Below, piece after piece: positions 54,842 to 64,000 of a DNA stretch of 64,000 bases. This DNA comes from Planctomycetota bacterium (GTDB taxonomy: Bacteria > Planctomycetota > Phycisphaerae > UBA1845), in assembly GCA_038043285.1 (NCBI GenBank), contig JBBTCJ010000041.1:13826-77825 (forward strand), written 5' to 3'. The notes beneath the pieces were generated by a model. That model searched no databases, was not told the DNA's origin, and saw only the letters and a list, made by a program, of their open reading frames with translations. Both the position numbers and the translations under genes were made by a program. Numbering within the stretch: the stretch's first letter is position 1; every line of letters starts with the position of its first letter.

Positions 54842-56547
54842 TTCGTTAATGCCCACACGGCCAATGCTTCCCGGTTGATCTTCGCGTTGTGTCGCACGTC
54901 AACCGGTAGTCGGCGACGAAACAGCACCTGCCATATTCCCTTAGTATGCTCCGCGGCTTGAGCGAGTTGGCGCAGTTCGCTGGTCCACTGCTCACGCCGA
55001 CGGCCCGTCGGAACCCGCCCGGACCCAGGCTCGATCACGATGATCGGCGTCTGCGCTGTCGGTGGACCGATCCCCACCAGCGCTGACCGCCCCACCTCCG
55101 CGTGCTCGTTGAAGATCGCTTCACAGCATACGCTGAAGAGCGTTTGTTCGGCCGACACCCGGACGCGGTGAGCCTTGCGGCCACAGAACCAGAGGCGACC
55201 GTCGGCATCGAAATACCCGACGTCGCCCATGCGATGCCAGACGCGGCCGCCGTCCTGAATCTTGGCCGCACTTGTCGCCTGCGTCATGCCGAAATACGCT
55301 TTTGTCACCATCGGTCCGCTGACAACGATTTCTCCAATTTCCCCAGCGCCGACAAGAAGTTCGCTGGACCACTCGGCGATCGGGTCATCGCTGACGCGAA
55401 TGATGCGGACGTCGGTTCCCTCGTTCTTCCGCCCCACGCAGATGCCCAATCCGCGACGTGTCCGGGCGGCGGTATGGTCAATCACCTCTTTTCCGCTGAT
55501 CGACGAAACCGGCAGCGACTCCGTCGCGCCGTACGGAGTGTGAACGTCCGCCTCCGCCGCAAGGACCGCGCGAAGGTCGGCGATCAAACTTGGCGACACC
55601 GGGGCGCCGGCCACCAGGATTCGTTTGAGAGTCGGAAGCCTCACGCCCCTGTCCAGGCAATACCTCGCGACGCGTCTCCACAGCGCGGGCGAACCAAACG
55701 AACTCGTGGCCGCGTGTCGTTGAATCGCGTCGACAATTTTGGCCGGATCGGCGTGACCTGGGCGCGATGCGTCCATGTCGGGGATCACGGCCGTCATGCC
55801 CATCGCGACGCTGAAAAGCCCGAAGAGCGGAAAGGTCGGCAGGTCGATTTCGCCCGGCTCAATGCCGTAACGGGATTGGATCATCCGCACCTGCGCGCCG
55901 AACATCCCATGTTCGTAGACCACGCCCTTGGCTGGTCCCGTGCTCCCGCTGGTGAAGAGGATCGCAGCGGGGTCGTCGGGGCGGGTCCGCACGAGGGCGA
56001 AGGTCGAGGCCGCGCGGGAGGTCAACTCAGCCAGCGTCGGGCCGGCCCAGAACCAACGTCGCCCCACCGTGACCACCGCTTTCACGCTCTGAAACGGGCT
56101 TCGCCGAAGCACGCGAATCACATGGGCCAGTGGGATCCCGACGAACCCCTGGAGGTCCACCTGTTTCAGACATTCCAGCATCCGCCCGACGCCCATGCCC
56201 GGGTCGATCAGCACGGGAGCCGCACCGATCTTGAACAGGGCGAAAACCAGTCCGATGAACTCGACCCCCCTACGGACCATGAGCAGCACGCGCATGCCCG
56301 GCCTGAACCCGGCGTCCACCAACCCGTTCGCATACCGGTTCGTCAGGGTCTCCAGCTCGGCGAAGGTCACTGCCGACCGACCGGACCCTCGATGCCCACA
56401 GCCTTTCGCTTCACAAACGACGGCCAGGCGGCCCGGGGCTTCCTCCGCTCTCCGGGGGAGGTGCTCGGCGATGTTGAAGGGAGCATCGTGGGTGTCCCCA
56501 TTGCCGAGCCCGGCGCAATCGTTGGCGGCAGCGACAGAGGTTTTCAC
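54832..56547 (-). CDS. AMP-dependent synthetase, OleC-like (beta-lactone-synthetase-type adenylating enzyme)
   Basis: 'ILFTSGSTGPAKGVVY', 'DLPTFPLFGLF', 'HRMGDVGYFDADGRLWFCGRK' and the C-terminal 'PVDVRHNAKINREALAVWA' resemble OleC-family proteins as I recall them. The start is uncertain. I chose GTG 56547 (AAGGA upstream), which gives an OleC-like length of ~571 aa. The maximal ORF runs to 56787. Confidence 0.7.
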   Translation of the reverse strand: MKTSVAAANDCAGLGNGDTHDAPFNIAEHLPRRAEEAPGRLAVVCEAKGCGHRGSGRSAVTFAELETLTNRYANGLVDAGFRPGMRVLLMVRRGVEFIGLVFALFKIGAAPVLIDPGMGVGRMLECLKQVDLQGFVGIPLAHVIRVLRRSPFQSVKAVVTVGRRWFWAGPTLAELTSRAASTFALVRTRPDDPAAILFTSGSTGPAKGVVYEHGMFGAQVRMIQSRYGIEPGEIDLPTFPLFGLFSVAMGMTAVIPDMDASRPGHADPAKIVDAIQRHAATSSFGSPALWRRVARYCLDRGVRLPTLKRILVAGAPVSPSLIADLRAVLAAEADVHTPYGATESLPVSSISGKEVIDHTAARTRRGLGICVGRKNEGTDVRIIRVSDDPIAEWSSELLVGAGEIGEIVVSGPMVTKAYFGMTQATSAAKIQDGGRVWHRMGDVGYFDADGRLWFCGRKAHRVRVSAEQTLFSVCCEAIFNEHAEVGRSALVGIGPPTAQTPIIVIEPGSGRVPTGRRREQWTSELRQLAQAAEHTKGIWQVLFRRRLPVDVRHNAKINREALAVWALTKCR

Positions 56548-56748
56548 TACATCCTTGCCGGGTCCAGCCAAGACGGTTCTCCGAGGCGCGACTTCGCAAC
56601 ATATCTTCTCGAGGATACCCTTTGGGGCAACATCGCGGATATGGCGGACCAGCCCGCCAAACGTACCGCGCGTTCGTTGCGGGTTTTTCGAGCGGATTGC
56701 CGACATTGGTTGAGGCATCGCCGGTTGTGGCCCAACGGGGAGGAACCC

Positions 56749-58269
56749 TTGCAAACCAAGAGACTGGCTCTCATCCATCGTTCGCACCGCACCCCACGGC
56801 GCGCTTCATCGAGCGCTACCGCGGCTTTTTCGCTGTCGCTCCTTCTGAGTTTCGCCGTCTCCCAGGCCCACGCCGGCGCGCCGCTCCAGACGGAGCTTGC
56901 CAAGATCGTTGCACGACTTCCGCACAAACAAGCCATCGTCGCGGCCCACGTCGTCGATCTCGCGCACGGAGGTGCTCCGATTCTGGCGGTCAATGCGGAT
57001 CAACCGATGACGCCCGCGAGTACCATGAAAGTCTTCAGCATGACGGCCGCGTTGCGGGAACTTGGACCTCAATTCGCGTTTGAAACCATCCTGGCGACCG
57101 ACGGCGCGAACCTCATGGTCATCGGCGACGGCGATCCGGGCTTCGGCGACGAACGATTGCACCAGGCGCGGGGCGAGACGATCTATGCGGCGCTGGAACG
57201 GTGGGCGGACGCGGTTCGCGAAAACGGGAAACTCGCCAGCGTCGGCGATCTGATCTTCGACGCCTCCGTTTTTGACGACGAGCGAATTCACCCGACGTGG
57301 GAGCGTGACGACCTCGGCAAGTGGTACGCCGCCCCGGTGGCGGGATTGAACTTCAACGATAACTGCCTGGACATCGTCGTCACGCCCGCAGGAAAGGGCG
57401 CCCCCGCGAATGTCGTCGTCAACCCGGTCTCCTCGTTCCTGACCGTTTTGAACGCCTGCCGGACCGGAGGAAAGGGAGCGCCGGTCCTCCACCACCCTCC
57501 GGGAACCAACGAATACAAGATCACCGGGCAATGCTCGAAACGCTGGGCGTTCAGTCCGGTCGCCTTCCATGATCCTCCGCTGTTGTTCGGCGAGACGTTG
57601 CGCACGGTGCTGGCGCGGAACGGCGTGCACGTCGCGGGCAAGGTCCGGTTTGCCCAAGTTCGGGAAAGCAGCGGAGCCTTGCCGCCGCAGCTTCGAGTCC
57701 TGGCGGTGCACCGCACGCCGATCGAGGAGGTTCTGGCCCGCGCCGGAAAGAACAGCCAGAACCTTTTTGCCGAATGCCTGCTGAAACGAGCCGGCGTCGG
57801 ATGGGCGAGGCGAACCGGTCAAACCGGGGCGCATGGAAGTTGGGAGCTTGGATCTCGAGCCGTCGGCGAACTCCTGCGCTCGGCCGGAATCGACCGGACA
57901 GGTTTGAAGGTCGCGGATGGATCCGGTCTTAGCCGTGCCAACTCCTGTACGGCCCGGCAACTCACGGAACTGCTGGCGTGGTCGTCGCGGCAACCGTTCG
58001 GGAGGCTGCTGGAAGACTCTCTTGCGGAGGCGGGCGTTGACGGATCGCTGCGCAGGCGGCTGAAGAACTCCGCCGGGCGAGTCCACGCCAAGACGGGAAC
58101 CATGAACGGCATCCGAGCGTTGACCGGATATGTCGATGACGGCGGTGGTCCGCGGTTCGCGTTCGCGGTGCTCTTCAACAACTACCCCGGCTCCAGCGCC
58201 CCCTACAAGGACATTCAGGACAGGTTCTGCCAGGCTTTGATCGAGGCTGCCAACGGATCGGGAAGGTAA
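56749..58269 (+). CDS. dacB: D-alanyl-D-alanine carboxypeptidase/endopeptidase (PBP4, S13 family)
   Basis: 'TPASTMKVFS' is the SxxK motif. 'DGSGLSR' and 'HAKTGTMNG' are the SxN-like and KTG motifs. I prefer TTG 56749, with GGAGG 5 nt upstream, which gives the signal peptide '...AAFSLSLLLSFAVSQAHA'. The 5' 1.6 kb of the 1055-codon track ORF is antisense to the OleC-like gene. Confidence 0.8.
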   Translation: MQTKRLALIHRSHRTPRRASSSATAAFSLSLLLSFAVSQAHAGAPLQTELAKIVARLPHKQAIVAAHVVDLAHGGAPILAVNADQPMTPASTMKVFSMTAALRELGPQFAFETILATDGANLMVIGDGDPGFGDERLHQARGETIYAALERWADAVRENGKLASVGDLIFDASVFDDERIHPTWERDDLGKWYAAPVAGLNFNDNCLDIVVTPAGKGAPANVVVNPVSSFLTVLNACRTGGKGAPVLHHPPGTNEYKITGQCSKRWAFSPVAFHDPPLLFGETLRTVLARNGVHVAGKVRFAQVRESSGALPPQLRVLAVHRTPIEEVLARAGKNSQNLFAECLLKRAGVGWARRTGQTGAHGSWELGSRAVGELLRSAGIDRTGLKVADGSGLSRANSCTARQLTELLAWSSRQPFGRLLEDSLAEAGVDGSLRRRLKNSAGRVHAKTGTMNGIRALTGYVDDGGGPRFAFAVLFNNYPGSSAPYKDIQDRFCQALIEAANGSGR

Positions 58270-58309
58270 CCGGGCATGGAGGCAGATTCGGCGAAGGGGC
58301 TCCGCGCCC

Positions 58310-58504
58310 TCATCCACCGCCGGAATCCTCCTCGACGGGAAGGTCATCGAGGCGCATCGGTTCCGAAACGGCGTACGTTCCATCGAGCCATCGTCCCAGG
58401 TCGATCATTTTGCAGCGATCGCTGCAGAAGGGTCGGAAGCGGGCGTCTTCCTTGCGCTCGACCTTGACGACCTTCCGGCACGTTGGACATTCGTAGCTGG
58501 GCAT
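58310..58504 (-). CDS. yacG: DNA gyrase inhibitor YacG (zinc-finger protein)
   Basis: 64 aa. 'CPTCRK...[16 protein letters not shown]' is the YacG CxxC...CxxxC zinc finger followed by the conserved 'DLG.W'. Confidence 0.8.
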   Translation of the reverse strand: MPSYECPTCRKVVKVERKEDARFRPFCSDRCKMIDLGRWLDGTYAVSEPMRLDDLPVEEDSGGG

Positions 58505-58564
58505 GTTGATACTTCACCGCCCCTTATAATACCAGTTCTTATTTGAGTTTGCCGTTTGCTGAGC

Positions 58565-58582
58565 CGCGGGCTTCAGCCCGCG
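58565..58582. terminator. 7-bp all-GC hairpin with tetraloop in the FmdB-yacG intergenic region
   Basis: CGCGGGC-ttca-GCCCGCG. It lies ~120 nt downstream of the FmdB-family stop on the minus strand. There is no clear U-tract, so the role is uncertain. Confidence 0.3.
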
Positions 58583-58699
58583 CGAGGCTGGGGAACGCAT
58601 TTCGCCCACGGGCGCGACAAGCTTCAATCGACATTTTGAAACTGTGTCCGGTATTACCGCCGCGGATCGGGACGAAGGCGGACTTGTCGAACAGCCACG

Positions 58700-59026
58700 C
58701 TATTCAGCCGCCTTCTTGGGCTTCGAAGGCTTCTTGTCCGCGACCTTGCCATCGCCGCCGGCGGCGGGCTTGTCTTTGCCGGAACTTGAGTCGGATTCAG
58801 CGCTGGCGGCTTTCTTGTACCCTTCGCTACGGTAGTCCGTGAGGTAGAACCCCGAACCCTTGAAGATCAACCCGCCCCCGGTACCGATCCGTCGGCGCAC
58901 CGTGGCGTTGCACTTGCATTCCCTGGGGTCCGTTTTTCTGAGCTTCCGCCGCGGAGCCTCGGTGATCGACTGGAAGAGTTCCGTCACCCGCCCGCATTTC
59001 GTGCATTCGTATTCGTACGTCGGCAT
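58700..59026 (-). CDS. FmdB-family zinc-ribbon protein
   Basis: 'MPTYEYECTKCG...CKCN' is the CxxC-x(n)-CxC FmdB-type ribbon with its typical 'M.xYEY.C..CG' N-terminus. The C-terminal tail is Lys/Ala-rich. Confidence 0.8.
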   Translation of the reverse strand: MPTYEYECTKCGRVTELFQSITEAPRRKLRKTDPRECKCNATVRRRIGTGGGLIFKGSGFYLTDYRSEGYKKAASAESDSSSGKDKPAAGGDGKVADKKPSKPKKAAE

Positions 59027-59098
59027 AGGCGACTCTCCTCGTTGGTCCGTCCCGGTCCGATCGCCAAGCGGTTTTCCCTCAGTGCCCGCGCGCGTGGT

Positions 59099-59755
59099 TC
59101 AGCAATCCGCTGCCGCTCCGCTGTCGGCGGCAGGAGCCCCCGCAACAATCACCCGCGCCGGGCGAAGGACGCGGTCGTGCAGACGATATCCCCTCGACAC
59201 CTGCGTGAGCACGGTTCCCGGAGGGTGTTCCGCCGCCGGCTGTTGCAACAACGCTTCGTGGATGGAGGGGTCGAACATGCGACCCGTCGCCTCGATGGAC
59301 TCCAAGCCAAACTGACCGAGGGACTTCCAGAGGTTCGCGTGGACCAGCCGAACGCCGACGACGACGACCTTGGCGTCGTCGGCCTTGTCCGCGGCCTCAA
59401 TGGTTCGGTCAAAGTCGTCGAGGACATGGAGGATCGAGCGGAGCAACTCGGCGTTGGCGAATCGAATCGCTTCGGCCTTCTCGTTCGCCGATCGGCGCTG
59501 CAGATTGGCGAAATCGGCCTTGCCTCGAAGGAGGGCCTCCTCCAACGATCCGACCCTGTTCTTGAGTTCGGCCAGCGAGTCTGCCGCGTCAGCCGCAAGC
59601 GCGCCGATGCCGGCCTGATCGCCAGACGGAGTCTTCGCGGCGGCGTTATCGTCGGGAGGCGGGGACGCGGAAACGCCGCCGGTCGAGCATTCGGCGCTGC
59701 CGTCTCGAGTGCAAGAGCAACCCGCCGTTTGGCTTGTCTTTCCGTTCTTCATCAT
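59099..59755 (-). CDS. grpE: nucleotide exchange factor GrpE
   Basis: 218 aa. 'LRGKADFANLQRRSANEKAEAIRFANAELLRSILHVLDDFDR' and the C-terminal 'GYRLHDRVLRPARVIV' are GrpE signatures. Confidence 0.9.
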   Translation of the reverse strand: MMKNGKTSQTAGCSCTRDGSAECSTGGVSASPPPDDNAAAKTPSGDQAGIGALAADAADSLAELKNRVGSLEEALLRGKADFANLQRRSANEKAEAIRFANAELLRSILHVLDDFDRTIEAADKADDAKVVVVGVRLVHANLWKSLGQFGLESIEATGRMFDPSIHEALLQQPAAEHPPGTVLTQVSRGYRLHDRVLRPARVIVAGAPAADSGAAADC

Positions 59756-59799
59756 TCCTCTTAACGGGGCCTCTATCGTGCGTTGCGGCGACCGCGCGG

Positions 59800-60939
59800 C
59801 TACTGCCCGGAGCCGCCGCCGAGGTACTCCATGAACCTCTCAAAGAATCCCTTGGACTCGGGAAGGACGGCTTTGTCTTCGGTGTTGGCGAAGTCGCGCA
59901 AAAGTCCTTCCTGCTGCCTGTTCAGTTTCTTGGGGATCTCCACGAGCACTTGAACCAGCTCGTCGCCCCGGCGTCCGTTCCGCAGGTCGGGGAGTCCGAG
60001 GCTGCCGAGTCGAAAAACCTGGCCGAACTGGGTGCCTGCGGGGATTTTCAGCTCCGCCTTGCCGGTCAAGGTCGGCACTTCGAGCTTCGCTCCCAGAGCC
60101 GCCTGGGTGAAACTGATGGGCATGCGACAAACGAGGTCGTTGTCCTGCCGTTCGAAAAAGGGGTGAGCCGTCACGCGAACGTAGCAGTGAAGATCGCCGC
60201 GATCTTCGGCGTTCTCGCCCGGCTCGCCCTCGCCGCGAAGGCGAACCGCCTGCCCGTCGTGAATGCCCGCGGGAATCTTGACGGTGACGGAACGGTCCGC
60301 AGTCACGCGTCCGGATCCACGGCAGGCGCCACAGGGCGTGGTGATGGTGGAGCCGCGACCTCGGCAATGCGGGCACGAGGTGATGACTCGTCCGAACAGA
60401 CCGGAAAGTCCTCCGGTCTGCTCCACCTGACCGTATCCACCACAGGTCGAGCAGGTACGTTGCCGCGAACCAGGCGCCGCCCCGCTTCCCGCGCATTCAC
60501 CGCACATTTCGTTCCGCGAAAACTCCAGTTTTCGTTCCGTTCCCGTAGCGACGTCGCGGAGCGAGATGGTCACCTCGGCTTGAAGGTCGGCGCCGCCGCG
60601 CCGGCGGCGGGTTCCAAAGCCTCCAAGTCCGCCGAAGATGTCGCCGAACATCGAGAAGATGTCGTCGATGCCCATGTGGGAGAAGTCGTGCACGCCCGCG
60701 CCGCTGAGTCCGGCGTGTCCAAACTGGTCGTAGCGCTGACGCTTCGCGGGGTCGGCGAGGACTTCATAGGCTTCGGCCGCTTCTTTGAACTTTTGCTCGG
60801 CGTCGGGGTCGTCGCGGTTGCGGTCGGGGTGGAACTTGTGCGCGCAGCGGCGGTAGGCTTTCTTGAGCTCATCGGCGCCGGCTTCCCGGGACAGACCGAG
60901 AATCTCGTAATAGTCGCGTTTGGCTGTCGCCACCGCCAC
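59800..60939 (-). CDS. dnaJ: molecular chaperone DnaJ (Hsp40)
   Basis: The J-domain is '[35 protein letters not shown]'. It also has a G/F region and four CxxCxGxG zinc-finger repeats. I chose GTG 60939, 7 nt after GGAGG (alternative GTG 60933). The track ORF extends to 61014. Confidence 0.93.
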   Translation of the reverse strand: MAVATAKRDYYEILGLSREAGADELKKAYRRCAHKFHPDRNRDDPDAEQKFKEAAEAYEVLADPAKRQRYDQFGHAGLSGAGVHDFSHMGIDDIFSMFGDIFGGLGGFGTRRRRGGADLQAEVTISLRDVATGTERKLEFSRNEMCGECAGSGAAPGSRQRTCSTCGGYGQVEQTGGLSGLFGRVITSCPHCRGRGSTITTPCGACRGSGRVTADRSVTVKIPAGIHDGQAVRLRGEGEPGENAEDRGDLHCYVRVTAHPFFERQDNDLVCRMPISFTQAALGAKLEVPTLTGKAELKIPAGTQFGQVFRLGSLGLPDLRNGRRGDELVQVLVEIPKKLNRQQEGLLRDFANTEDKAVLPESKGFFERFMEYLGGGSGQ

Positions 60940-61064
60940 TCCCACGCCTCCGAGCGAGTCGCCTCGGACGGTTTCCCAAGCCGGCAACGGCCGCATGAAA
61001 AGGGGCGGACGCATCTACGCCCGCCCCACGTCGATGGTATCCGTTTTGCCGGCTCAATGCCTGA

Positions 61065-62675
61065 TCAGCGGATCGAGTGCTCGATCCTCTTGCCCTCATC
61101 CTTCAAATCCGTCACCAACACGTCGGTTGTCAGCAACAGGCCCGACACGCTGGCGGCGCTTTCCAGAGCGACGCGCGAGACCTTGGCCGGGTCAATGATG
61201 CCTTCCTTGACCATGTCGACGAATTCGCCCTTGCGCACGTCGTAGCCGTAGTTCCCGCTCTTTTCGAGGATTTGCTCGACGATGACTTCGCCCTCGCGGC
61301 CGGAGTTTTCGACCAGTTGGCGCGTCGGAGCACGGAGCGATCGGAGAATGATCTGGACGCCGATCCGCTCGTCGCCCTTGGCGGCGTCTCGCACCTTGTT
61401 CACGGCGGGAATGGCTCGCAAGAAAGCGACTCCCCCGCCTGGGACGATGCCTTCCTCGGCAGCGGCCCTGGTGGCATGGAAGGCGTCGTCAACCAGATCC
61501 TTGCGTTCCTTGACTTCGATCTCGGTCGCCCCACCGACGCGGATGACGGCCACGCCGCCGGTGAGCTTGGCCAGGCGTTCCTGGAGTTTCTCCCGATCGT
61601 AGTCGCTGGTAGTTTTCTCAATTTGCGATCGAATCTGGTCGACGCGAGCCTTGATATCGGCCTTCTTGCCCGCGCCCTCGATGATCGTGGTGTTGTCCTT
61701 GTCGATAACGACTTTCTTGGCACCGCCGAGATCCTTGACTCCCAGGCTCTCAAGCTTCACGCCGAGATCTTCGCTGATCATCGTTCCGCCGGTCAGGGCG
61801 GCAATGTCCTGCAACATGGCCTTGCGGCGGTCGCCGAAACCGGGGGCTTTGACCGCGCAACAACTGAGCACGCCGCGCATCTTGTTGACCACCAGCGCGG
61901 CCAGCGCTTCGCCCTCGACGTCTTCGGAGATCACCAGCAACGGCTTGCCGGAGGTGGCCGTCGTTTCGAGCAACGGGATGAAGTCGCGAAGGTTGGAAAT
62001 CTTCTTCTCGTGAATGAGGATGAGGGGATCGTTCAGGACGCATTCCAGGGAGCCGGGATTGGTCATGAAGTAGGGCGAGATGAAGCCCTTGTCGAACTGC
62101 ATGCCGTCAACGACCTCCTTCTCGGTGGCCATCGACTTGCCCTCCTCGATCTCGACGACGCCCTCGGTGCCGACGGCCTCCAATGCGCTCGCCAGGAGTT
62201 TGCCGATCTCGGCGTCTCCGTTGGCGGAGATGGTAGCGATCTTGGCCAGGTCGTCGTTGGAGCGGACCTTGACCGACAGGTTCTTGATCGCTTCGACCGC
62301 AGCAACGACGGCTTTGTCGATTCCCCGTTTGAGGGCCATCGGATTGGCGCCGGCGGCGACGGACTTGTAGCCCTCGCGGAAAATGGCTTCGGCGAGAACG
62401 GTCGCGGCGGTCGTTCCGTCGCCGACCTCGTCGCTGGTCTTGGAGGCGACCTGGTTGATGAGCTTGGCGCCCATGTTTTCGAAGGGGTGCTGTAGCTCGA
62501 CTTCCTTGCTGACGGTGACGCCGTCCTTGGTGATACGAGGCGCGCCGTAGGATTTCTGGAGGATGACATTGCGCCCGGTGGGGCCCATCGTCACCTTCAC
62601 GGCGTTGGTTAGTTTGGTCAGTCCCTCCAGGATTTGCTGTCTGGCATCCTGGGAGAACATCATTTGCTTCGGCAT
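61065..62675 (-). CDS. groL: chaperonin GroEL (Cpn60), copy 1
   Basis: 536 aa. '[31 protein letters not shown]' and '[14 protein letters not shown]' are GroEL signatures. It lacks the usual GGM C-terminal tail. Confidence 0.97.
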   Translation of the reverse strand: MPKQMMFSQDARQQILEGLTKLTNAVKVTMGPTGRNVILQKSYGAPRITKDGVTVSKEVELQHPFENMGAKLINQVASKTSDEVGDGTTAATVLAEAIFREGYKSVAAGANPMALKRGIDKAVVAAVEAIKNLSVKVRSNDDLAKIATISANGDAEIGKLLASALEAVGTEGVVEIEEGKSMATEKEVVDGMQFDKGFISPYFMTNPGSLECVLNDPLILIHEKKISNLRDFIPLLETTATSGKPLLVISEDVEGEALAALVVNKMRGVLSCCAVKAPGFGDRRKAMLQDIAALTGGTMISEDLGVKLESLGVKDLGGAKKVVIDKDNTTIIEGAGKKADIKARVDQIRSQIEKTTSDYDREKLQERLAKLTGGVAVIRVGGATEIEVKERKDLVDDAFHATRAAAEEGIVPGGGVAFLRAIPAVNKVRDAAKGDERIGVQIILRSLRAPTRQLVENSGREGEVIVEQILEKSGNYGYDVRKGEFVDMVKEGIIDPAKVSRVALESAASVSGLLLTTDVLVTDLKDEGKRIEHSIR

Positions 62676-62891
62676 GGTCGACTCCTTGTCGCTTGGCTAG
62701 TGGTCCGACACGCTTGTATTCGGGTAACCCCGTTCCGCCGCCCGTCGTATGCCCGGCACAATGGGCCGCTCCCTGACGACCGCGGTACGGAAGGTCCGTT
62801 CAGTGACCCGAAGAATCAACCGCGTCGCGGTACTCGTCATCGGGCGAACGCGCGGCGTAGGCCGGCGCGTGGCACCCGGTTTCGCGGACTT

Positions 62892-63215
62892 CTACTCAAC
62901 GATGGCCAACACGTCGTTCTCGCGCAGAACGACGTGGGTATCGCCGCCGATCTCGATTTCGGTTCCGGTGTATTTTCCGTAGAAGACTTCGTCCCCGTTG
63001 CGCACGGACATTTCGCCGCGCTTGCCGCTGTCGAGGAGCTTCCCGGGGCCGGAGGCGATGACCCGGCCTCGCTGCGATTTTTCCCTGGCGGAATCGGGAA
63101 GGATGATGCCGCCGGGCGTGGTTCCCTCGGCCTCGATCGGTTCGACGAGGATCCGATCGTCCATCGGCCGAAACTTTATTTTTGCTTTAGTTTTGGTCGC
63201 GGTTGAAGTACTCAT
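62892..63215 (-). CDS. groS: co-chaperonin GroES (Cpn10)
   Basis: 'FRPMDDRILVEPIEAEGTTPGGIILPDSAREKSQRGRVIASGPG' is the GroES mobile-loop region. I chose ATG 63215 (107 aa). The track start is 63242. Confidence 0.92.
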   Translation of the reverse strand: MSTSTATKTKAKIKFRPMDDRILVEPIEAEGTTPGGIILPDSAREKSQRGRVIASGPGKLLDSGKRGEMSVRNGDEVFYGKYTGTEIEIGGDTHVVLRENDVLAIVE

Positions 63216-63359
63216 ATTTCGTGTCTTCCTGGGGTCCGCCAAAATGGGTTCGTTTCGTAATTTCTTTCGTCGCGCCGCCTTCCCCTTCCAACCCCTGGTC
63301 CGCCCGGAAAGGAGCAGGCGGGAGGCAAGGAGAAGCTCCCGACGAGAATGTGCCTTTGA

Positions 63360-64000
63360 CTAATAGTCCATGTCCTCGCCCATGTCCGGCGCTTCTGCGT
63401 CGTCATCCTTCTTCGGCCGCTCGGCGATACATACCTCGGTGCTGAGAAGCACGCGGGCAACGCTGGAACCGTTCTCCAGCGCGCAGCGCACGACTTTTGT
63501 GGGGTCGATGACGCCGTCCTTCATCAGGTCGGTGAACTCTCCGGTGTCGGCGTTGAATCCGAACGAGCCGTCCTTTTCGCTGACCTTATGCAACACCACG
63601 CCGGGAACGAAGCCGGCATTGGCGGCGATCTGCCGCAACGGGGCCGACAACGTTTCGCGGATGACCTCCACACCGGTTTGCTCGTCGCCCGAGAGCTTGA
63701 GTTTGTCGAGTGCGGGCAAGCAGCGTATCAGGGCGACGCCTCCACCGACGACGATGCCCTCGTCGACGGCCGCGCGGGTGGCGTGCAGGGCGTCCTCGAT
63801 CCTGGCTTTTCGTTCCTTCAACTCGGTCTCGGTGGCCGCCCCGACGTTGATTTGGGCGACGCCGCCGACGAGCTTGGCGCGACGTTCCTCGAGTTTTTCG
63901 CGGTCGTAGTCAGAGGTCGTTCCCTCGATTTCCTGGGCGATCTGCTTGATGCGCGCCTGGATGTCGGCGGTGGAACCAGCGCCCTCGATGATCGTTGCGT
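63360..64000 (-). CDS. groL: chaperonin GroEL (Cpn60), copy 2, C-terminal part (5' end beyond the window)
   Basis: The frame stays open to the window edge: '...[87 protein letters not shown]...'. It ends in an acidic tail '[15 protein letters not shown]'. Confidence 0.93.
   Translation of the reverse strand, partial: ATIIEGAGSTADIQARIKQIAQEIEGTTSDYDREKLEERRAKLVGGVAQINVGAATETELKERKARIEDALHATRAAVDEGIVVGGGVALIRCLPALDKLKLSGDEQTGVEVIRETLSAPLRQIAANAGFVPGVVLHKVSEKDGSFGFNADTGEFTDLMKDGVIDPTKVVRCALENGSSVARVLLSTEVCIAERPKKDDDAEAPDMGEDMDY

Noticed and set aside
55102-56748. 5' 549 codons of the 1055-codon plus-strand ORF
   Set aside because: This part is antisense to the OleC-like gene and has no motifs. 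PBP4 homology begins only after the signal peptide near 56749, where a TTG with a GGAGG box gives a normal-length DacB.
61077-62495. 472-codon plus-strand ORF
   Set aside because: It is antisense to an unambiguous groEL gene.
1-64000. CRISPR arrays, transposases, integrases, prophage genes or long direct/inverted repeats marking an island
   Set aside because: I saw none while reading both strands. The two tRNAs are flanked by housekeeping genes (an ABC1 kinase and dnaK), not by integrase-like ORFs. A computational repeat search would be needed for certainty.

Overview
GC-rich bacterial chromosomal window, densely coded on both strands. I saw no rRNA, CRISPR array, transposase, integrase or phage genes. 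The gene content suggests a Planctomycetota-like organism (inference only): prepilin-type 'FTLIELLVV' proteins, many TPR and FGE-fold proteins, multiple groEL copies and many secreted peptidases. I support about 48 protein genes and 2 tRNAs. The ORF track over-extends many genes and adds long antisense ORFs, as expected in GC-rich DNA. I re-set several starts using Shine-Dalgarno-like GGAG(G) boxes, signal peptides or lipoboxes, and stop/start overlaps. Main blocks: (1) O-antigen-ligase-like protein and three M16 peptidases (5-9477); (2) ABC1 kinase, tRNA-Val, tRNA-Met, dnaK (9781-13755); (3) ACT protein, enolase-superfamily enzyme, trypsin-like protease, two TPR proteins, acyl-CoA synthetase (14032-23251); (4) pseudopilin-like protein, large CBM9-like lipoprotein, M14 peptidase, kynB (23312-31991); (5) two divergent long coiled-coil genes followed by a tight module of a non-catalytic FGE-fold protein, a zinc-ribbon Ras-like GTPase and a GAP1-N-like protein (32019-39478), my top candidate for an uncharacterised system; (6) FTCD, AlkD-like repair protein and secreted proteases (39812-47184); (7) a nine-gene minus-strand lipid cluster pairing OleC/OleD-like enzymes with a private KS/ACP/FabZ/FabI/PPTase set and two CrtI-family flavoenzymes, whose KS carries an in-frame TGA (47181-56547); (8) dacB, yacG, an FmdB zinc-ribbon protein, then grpE-dnaJ-groEL-groES-groEL (56749-64000). 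All functional calls come from motif reading by eye. No database search was run.
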